IMG/VR virus record: IMGVR_UViG_3300028591_000103
Span: 87,639 to 151,638 of that record
Strand: one strand, 5' to 3'
Source: a virus
Lineage: Duplodnaviria > Caudoviricetes
DNA: 64,000 bases
The position numbers were made by a program, and so were the translations under genes. Shown here in pieces: positions 58,417-64,000 of the stretch; the stretch's first letter is position 1; each line of letters starts with the position of its first letter. The notes beneath the pieces are model-generated. The model made no database searches. It was not told where the DNA came from and was given only the letters and a program-made list of their open reading frames with translations.

Positions 58417-59053
58417 CAGTATCACCTCCAATTCGCATTGAATCAACCGAGAATTCGTTTACAATTTCAACGATCTTGTCAATCCAATCATGGAACATTT
58501 TGACATTCCGTTCATCATCGAACAGCTCGGAAATCAATGCTTTGAAATCATCAATCGTATATCGCCCTGCATGTTTATATTTGCTTTCTCCAGGGTATCG
58601 GGATTGCATGAAGTTCTCAATATAATCGTTTGCTGTATCGAAATCAAATATAATTTCTTTACAAGTTTCCATCTTATCCATACCAAGGCGAAAGTTTACC
58701 CAGAACTGTACATTTTCTTCATCACCGAGCTTTGGTGAATCCATAACATCAAAATCGTAGAATATTCCCAGCCGGAACTGATAAAGTTCCTCACCATTTG
58801 ATGTGATTTCAGCGTCACAAATCATGTCCTCATTGAAATCAGTTGATTCTCTGAGATTAATTGTGATCGGTTCCGGATGAATCGGAATACCCTCACAGAT
58901 ATTTGACGTCTCGTCATAATACTCAAACGCCTTACGGCCAATCAGGATTTGTGTAGCTTCGTCGCATTTCGAAACAGTTTCCCGAATCTTATCAGCGACA
59001 TTGTTCATTTGCCTCATGATACTCTTAAAGTTTTCATACCATAATTCATTCAT
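58406..59053 (-). CDS. hypothetical protein
   Basis: RBS GAAAGGAG, start MNELW. Confidence 0.7.
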   Translation of the reverse strand: MNELWYENFKSIMRQMNNVADKIRETVSKCDEATQILIGRKAFEYYDETSNICEGIPIHPEPITINLRESTDFNEDMICDAEITSNGEELYQFRLGIFYDFDVMDSPKLGDEENVQFWVNFRLGMDKMETCKEIIFDFDTANDYIENFMQSRYPGESKYKHAGRYTIDDFKALISELFDDERNVKMFHDWIDKIVEIVNEFSVDSMRIGGDTDAN

Positions 59054-59071
59054 AGAAATACTCCTTTCAAT

Positions 59072-59095
59072 GGGTGGGGCCATATGGCCCCACCC
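59072..59095. terminator. hairpin
   Basis: gggtggggcc-atat-ggccccaccc. Confidence 0.6.
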
Positions 59096-59103
59096 TTCAT
59101 AAC

Positions 59104-61041
59104 TTAAAATGGTTTTATGAGATTATCATATGCTTCCTTAACCGTGTAAATCGGAATGCCTTTTTCTTCTGCTTTCTTGGTTTTTGCGGATGTGAAATTA
59201 TGATCCGGGACGATTACATATTCACAATCATTCGACCATCCACCAACTTCCCATCCGTTTGAAGTCAACGCTTCGATCAAATCAGCATCACGGGTTCCTG
59301 TCATACAGATCTTTCCATTTTTACCAAATGAATAGTCAACATGTTTCAGTTTATCAGGAACCCAGCTCATTAAGAATTGAATTTCTTCTTTATTCCGAAG
59401 ATATCCATCAATCATCTTTCGAATCTTCGTTGTACCAATTCCGGGAACATATCCGATACTCATAATCCAATCCGGAAAAGATCCATCTTGCATAGACCGA
59501 ATCAGATACCAATAATAGTCTTCATTTACCATCAATATCTGTCTCCATGTTTTCTCATCCGTATCATTGAATGGTAATGCTCCCAAAAATCTAGATAATG
59601 TTGCTTCGGATAATGCTTTGTTAATAGACTTCACCATATTGTCATAAGAGACTTGACCAAACCCGGGTGTATTGATAATTGCCGAACCCCATTTCTGGAT
59701 ATCATACAACTCGGTGATCGAATTGACAAAATCCAAATCGAACAACTTTGTCAAAACACCTTCACCCAATCCAACCATTTTCATCTTTTCTGCATGACGA
59801 ATGATTGCACCAAGTTTCAATCCTTTACAATTCGGATTCGAACATCTCACGAATTTATATGAAAGATAATCCAATTTTGATCCACATACCGGACATTTGT
59901 CAGGAACCGGAATTGGATAATCTCCATCGTGATACGAATCCAAGAAATAAGGTACGATGTTATACATGATTCGGACAGTATCATTATGACGCAAAGTCAT
60001 GTCAACAACGCGTTGTAATGTCGATAATGTCACATGATCAACCTTTACATTATCAAACATTACAGGTTCTAATATAGCGACCGGTGTGATTCTCCCTTGC
60101 TTTCCAAGCTGATAATCGATCGATTTCAATTTTGTTTCTTTTACATTATATAGAATCTTGATTGCGATTTCATATTCTGGGTTAATAAATGCGGGAAGTG
60201 CGATTGTGTTTTCATATAGCACCCCGTCTTCCAATAATGATACAACGACACCATCAATGGAAAATGTTTTGTCAAAATATTTGATTGTCGCTCCGTCTGC
60301 AAGAATTCGATCACGGAATGTTTCAATCGCGTTATAACAATTCGATGTTTGAACTGTTGAGCAATAATCCCGTAATATTTCTGGAATATAATGTCTACCT
60401 GGCGATGTGTAAACACGTAATGGAACCAACGTAATCAGTTTCGCCATTTCAGCATTTCTGGATGAGATGATTGCTGCAACAACATCACGAGGTCGTTTAT
60501 ATCTCTGATATAGTTTGAATTCATTGAATGTTTCATGATCCATGATCGCTTCAAATTTAACGGCGAAACCCTTAGGCCAATTTTGATCTGATGGAATCCA
60601 GTCTCTTACAACAACCTCTCGAATCCATGATAATCTGTCTTTGAACAAATCCGTCACATCAACAGATTCTCCATTGTCATAATCACCACGTGTAAAGAAT
60701 GCTCCCATTGTTACATCACATGCCACAGAACATCCATCAAATTTTGGTTGTATACATACTCCTTGATTTTCTGGAATTCGTTTTGTCGTAATCCAATCTA
60801 AATATGTCTTTTGATTCGGTCTCATGGGTTCTGTCACACCATATACTTTTGGCAATGTACCAACAAGATCATTGACACTCAGAGATTGTTTCTGACGATT
60901 GAATGGACGGTTGGATTCTCCGCCATGTTCATTCAGATATTCTTCTAACAATTTATCATATTCTTCATCAGAATATCCTGTCGGTTCACCTCGATTATAT
61001 TTGGCAATAATTTCATCAAGCTGTTCTTTTGTAATGGACAT
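59104..61041 (-). CDS. ligA: NAD-dependent DNA ligase
   Basis: SDEEYD, KFDG adenylation motif, TRGD, DGVV, GRITPVA, CPVCG Zn finger, HhH repeats, C-terminal BRCT. Confidence 0.92.
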   Translation of the reverse strand: MSITKEQLDEIIAKYNRGEPTGYSDEEYDKLLEEYLNEHGGESNRPFNRQKQSLSVNDLVGTLPKVYGVTEPMRPNQKTYLDWITTKRIPENQGVCIQPKFDGCSVACDVTMGAFFTRGDYDNGESVDVTDLFKDRLSWIREVVVRDWIPSDQNWPKGFAVKFEAIMDHETFNEFKLYQRYKRPRDVVAAIISSRNAEMAKLITLVPLRVYTSPGRHYIPEILRDYCSTVQTSNCYNAIETFRDRILADGATIKYFDKTFSIDGVVVSLLEDGVLYENTIALPAFINPEYEIAIKILYNVKETKLKSIDYQLGKQGRITPVAILEPVMFDNVKVDHVTLSTLQRVVDMTLRHNDTVRIMYNIVPYFLDSYHDGDYPIPVPDKCPVCGSKLDYLSYKFVRCSNPNCKGLKLGAIIRHAEKMKMVGLGEGVLTKLFDLDFVNSITELYDIQKWGSAIINTPGFGQVSYDNMVKSINKALSEATLSRFLGALPFNDTDEKTWRQILMVNEDYYWYLIRSMQDGSFPDWIMSIGYVPGIGTTKIRKMIDGYLRNKEEIQFLMSWVPDKLKHVDYSFGKNGKICMTGTRDADLIEALTSNGWEVGGWSNDCEYVIVPDHNFTSAKTKKAEEKGIPIYTVKEAYDNLIKPF

Positions 61042-61076
61042 TGTCATCACTCCAATCAAAATAAAAAGTTATGAGA

Positions 61077-61100
61077 AAGTGGGGGCCTGAGCCCCCACTT
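61077..61100 (-). terminator. terminator hairpin
   Basis: aagtgggggc-ctga-gcccccactt. Confidence 0.65.
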
Positions 61101-61107
61101 ATCGTTC

Positions 61108-61395
61108 TCATAATCCAAATGCCTTTGGACCGATCACCATATTATTTGGTGGATCAGATAGATTTGTTGAACAATGTGCTGTCCATGCTGATGGCATTGC
61201 CGGTTGTTGTGTTGCTGGATCAATCTCGGAATCGAAATTCACCGGAAATGGTTTCCCGGTTCCAACCGGAAATTTTCCATCTCTCATATCATCCAAGACA
61301 TTCGAGAAGTCTGCCATTCCAGCATAAACATGTGCTGGAGTCATTTCAATATTTGTACCCGGTACAAGATTACTTGTGTTGACATGGATATTCAT
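61108..61395 (-). CDS. hypothetical protein
   Basis: RBS AAGGAGG; TATATGAT element upstream. Confidence 0.65.
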   Translation of the reverse strand: MNIHVNTSNLVPGTNIEMTPAHVYAGMADFSNVLDDMRDGKFPVGTGKPFPVNFDSEIDPATQQPAMPSAWTAHCSTNLSDPPNNMVIGPKAFGL

Positions 61396-61453
61396 TATAA
61401 TATCCCTCCTTCCAATATAATCATATATGTATCGGTATCAAAATATTATGTTT

Positions 61454-64000
61454 TCACTTTGGAGGATTGGCATCATTCATGTTTCTGACTTTTCCGAATC
61501 TGTCTTTGTAAGCTTGATTCTGATTCTTTGCAACTTCGTTTTCTTCAATACGCTTGTTGTCCTTATTACGGACTGCCTCGTATACATCACTGTCAAGCTT
61601 GATGATTGTGTTGATGTCCTTTGTGATTGCAGCAGCAAATGCTTTACTTGATTTGATAACTGCATTCAATCCAGTCATACACAGTTCATATGTATTCCGC
61701 AGCTGTGGATTCTCATTGACCTGATTCTGTGCAGATACAAGTGCCTTCATCATAGCTTCTGTTTGCTTAAGGAGTTCTCTCCAAATATCAGCAAACTTCT
61801 GATATGAGCCGAGCATATTGTATGATTTACCATCTTCGCCGATGATATCAGAATAACCCATGAACATGTCAATCAGTTCATTACGAGCATCATCATCTGC
61901 CGGTTTCACCATCGGTTCTCTCGACAGATGAATGGAGTTCAACATTTCTGCACCCTTCTTGATATCACCATTGATGTTTTGTGCACGATACTGTTGTGCG
62001 ATTGCATCGGGTTGAATACCAACATTGATATTCATACACTTACCGCATTCAACAACGGTATCATATGCCAACATATACCATTGATACATTTCACGCGGCA
62101 TAATTGCAACACGCTTTCCATTCAATGAATCATAATGAGGCATGAAGTACAACATGATCGGTTCGAAGAATGTCTTCCAACCATTTGGATCCATCTTGAT
62201 CTGTTGAACATAATTCTTGAAGTTGGCACTGCTTCTCTTGACTCTGTCGAGGAACACTTTAATCTTACGACATAATTCAACAAGCAGTTTGATCACGAAG
62301 TCAGCGGCTTTCATGAGAACTGTGATTGGATTTCTTCCAAGCTCCAGTCCTTTATGAACTTCTTTTCCTTCTGGAGTAACGGCTTCCATTGCAAGATATT
62401 CCTGAACGAATTTATCAAAGGATTTCTCTCGATCAGACATCTCGAATTCTTTCATAAAGGAATCAAAATTCTCTGCAAACATTTCGACAGCATATTCCAG
62501 TGTCTCGACTTCTTCTTGTGTTTCTTTCATTTCGTCAACATCATCATCAACACTGACGGAGATTCCACGGATATGGCATTTATCAACGGCTGTTTGCATG
62601 GCCGTATTTTCATCCATACCCATCTTGAGAAGTTCTTCATATTCTGACTTAACATCAGGATCTCTCGGAATATACTTCTCACCAGTCAGTTCAGACTTCG
62701 CAAACAGGAGCTGCTCCATATGGAAACGTTCCTCATTTGCAATATCAGCATAAAGTCTCCGAAGAACATCGACATTGGTTTCCTTTGCACCATCCATGTA
62801 TTCATTCATGGCATCTGCTTCGGAAGCCATCAGCTTCATCAGAATATCGACTTCCTTCTGATCATAATCATTCTGGACATCAGATGTGTCTGAGCCAAAT
62901 GATCCCAGTTCCACATTATTGACATCCATCTCATTATTATCATCGGATTCGAATTCTTTCTTGTCTTCTTCTGATAAACGGTCTTTCATATACTCCGGAA
63001 CCTCATCAGAACCGATGTCAATGTCTTCAAAGTTTTCAATCGGTTCGATTTCTTCCGGTTCTTCGGTTGTCTCCTTTTCTTCAGAAGTCTCAACCTTTTC
63101 TGGAGTATTTCTTGTTGCAGAGGTTTCGTCTGTTTGAATATCCTCTGGATTATCCTTTTCATCATCCAGATCAATGTCACCCACAGTGATATCTTCAGAT
63201 AAATATTCCTCTTCTTCTTGATAGAAACGAGTCGAATTGAATCTACTCAATTTGAATCCCTCCTTGATAGATTTTGGTTTAGATGCTTCACCGTCATAGA
63301 CCATCTTGCATTTGGTCATGATCCATTCCATGAAGTTCTTTATTGGTGTACCGTAATCAATCTCGGCATTGGTATAATCCCATACACCATAATTGAGATC
63401 CTGATTATCGTATTCCGCGGATACTTCAGCGACATACTCAAAGATATCATTGAGTTTATCAAATACCTTTTTGCGTTCATATCCCCATTCATCAACAACG
63501 CGTTTGAACGCTTGTTCGATATAAATGAATTTTCCATTATGAGGTACAACACAAATTGTATGGGTATTGATTGTCTTCGTGTTCTTTGTATCGGTGAAGT
63601 TCATGAAGTATTTTTTGTATGCTACTCCAAATGCATCGAGGTATCCAGCTTCATACTCGACCATGTCATAGCAGTTACCGCCACCAGCTTGATCAACTTC
63701 TTCACCAGAATGGAATACCCAATACTTATCGTAATCTTTATCCGATACATTTCCAGTCATGAGTCTTCCATCTTTGATCAAACCGTATTTGAACTTCTTG
63801 ATGTCAATACAGAGATCATCGATTACACGTTCCGGTGAATAATCGAACTTGGTTGCTTTCTTCAATACTTTCGGTTTGACAACCCAATGCCATTTGTATG
63901 TGAAGTAATTACGGGTATCCTTTTGACCCTTGGATGTAGGAACAACGGATTTCCGTTTTGCATCCGCAATCTGATCAACACGGATAACACCATACAGTTT
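61454..64000 (-). CDS. putative internal head polyprotein with transglutaminase-like and ferritin-like domains (5' end outside window)
   Basis: Frame is open to 64000; GGGNCYD..THT Cys/His dyad; EADAMNEY..EERFH di-iron-type motif; YQEE/VQEY/AMEA sites. Confidence 0.65.
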   Translation of the reverse strand, partial: KLYGVIRVDQIADAKRKSVVPTSKGQKDTRNYFTYKWHWVVKPKVLKKATKFDYSPERVIDDLCIDIKKFKYGLIKDGRLMTGNVSDKDYDKYWVFHSGEEVDQAGGGNCYDMVEYEAGYLDAFGVAYKKYFMNFTDTKNTKTINTHTICVVPHNGKFIYIEQAFKRVVDEWGYERKKVFDKLNDIFEYVAEVSAEYDNQDLNYGVWDYTNAEIDYGTPIKNFMEWIMTKCKMVYDGEASKPKSIKEGFKLSRFNSTRFYQEEEEYLSEDITVGDIDLDDEKDNPEDIQTDETSATRNTPEKVETSEEKETTEEPEEIEPIENFEDIDIGSDEVPEYMKDRLSEEDKKEFESDDNNEMDVNNVELGSFGSDTSDVQNDYDQKEVDILMKLMASEADAMNEYMDGAKETNVDVLRRLYADIANEERFHMEQLLFAKSELTGEKYIPRDPDVKSEYEELLKMGMDENTAMQTAVDKCHIRGISVSVDDDVDEMKETQEEVETLEYAVEMFAENFDSFMKEFEMSDREKSFDKFVQEYLAMEAVTPEGKEVHKGLELGRNPITVLMKAADFVIKLLVELCRKIKVFLDRVKRSSANFKNYVQQIKMDPNGWKTFFEPIMLYFMPHYDSLNGKRVAIMPREMYQWYMLAYDTVVECGKCMNINVGIQPDAIAQQYRAQNINGDIKKGAEMLNSIHLSREPMVKPADDDARNELIDMFMGYSDIIGEDGKSYNMLGSYQKFADIWRELLKQTEAMMKALVSAQNQVNENPQLRNTYELCMTGLNAVIKSSKAFAAAITKDINTIIKLDSDVYEAVRNKDNKRIEENEVAKNQNQAYKDRFGKVRNMNDANPPK

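Noticed and set aside
1-64000. Stop-codon reassignment, tRNA genes, introns or inteins
   Set aside because: Genes are intact and densely packed in the standard code; no cloverleaf seen; polymerase, RNAP, RecA and ligase ORFs appear uninterrupted (checked by eye only)

Overview
This window is part of a low-GC jumbo phage genome of the phiKZ/AR9-like (multisubunit RNA polymerase) type. Strong GGAGG/AGAAAGGAG Shine-Dalgarno sites and BspA-type tail LRRs suggest a Bacillota host (inference). Content in order: tail and adsorption genes (1-6.7 kb); a 2388-aa structural protein; a virion-type RNAP beta subunit; putative head-packaged proteins; a core block (family-B DNA polymerase, SSB-like protein, a 554-aa protein at the chimallin position, RNAP beta' with NADFDGD, SbcD); about 16 kb of small unknown ORFs; ThyX; a RecA/UvsX recombinase; and an NAD-dependent ligase. 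The most striking unexplained feature is a repeated early-gene cassette that starts with an identical 33-bp promoter-like element (3 copies). Two copies continue with a covarying long-range RNA stem that encloses an unannotated, conserved 18-aa peptide ORF (MTNVVIITVPVDTEIICE and MSEIVRIPIPVDVEIICE), then a GAGTC..GACTC palindrome, a GNRA hairpin and unrelated cargo genes. Other candidates are a virion polyprotein with tandem SUKH/SMI1-like immunity domains, two stem-closed GGA-rich intergenic RNAs and a basic MNWRKRKKL N-terminal module family. All calls come from motif recognition by eye; no database searches were run.
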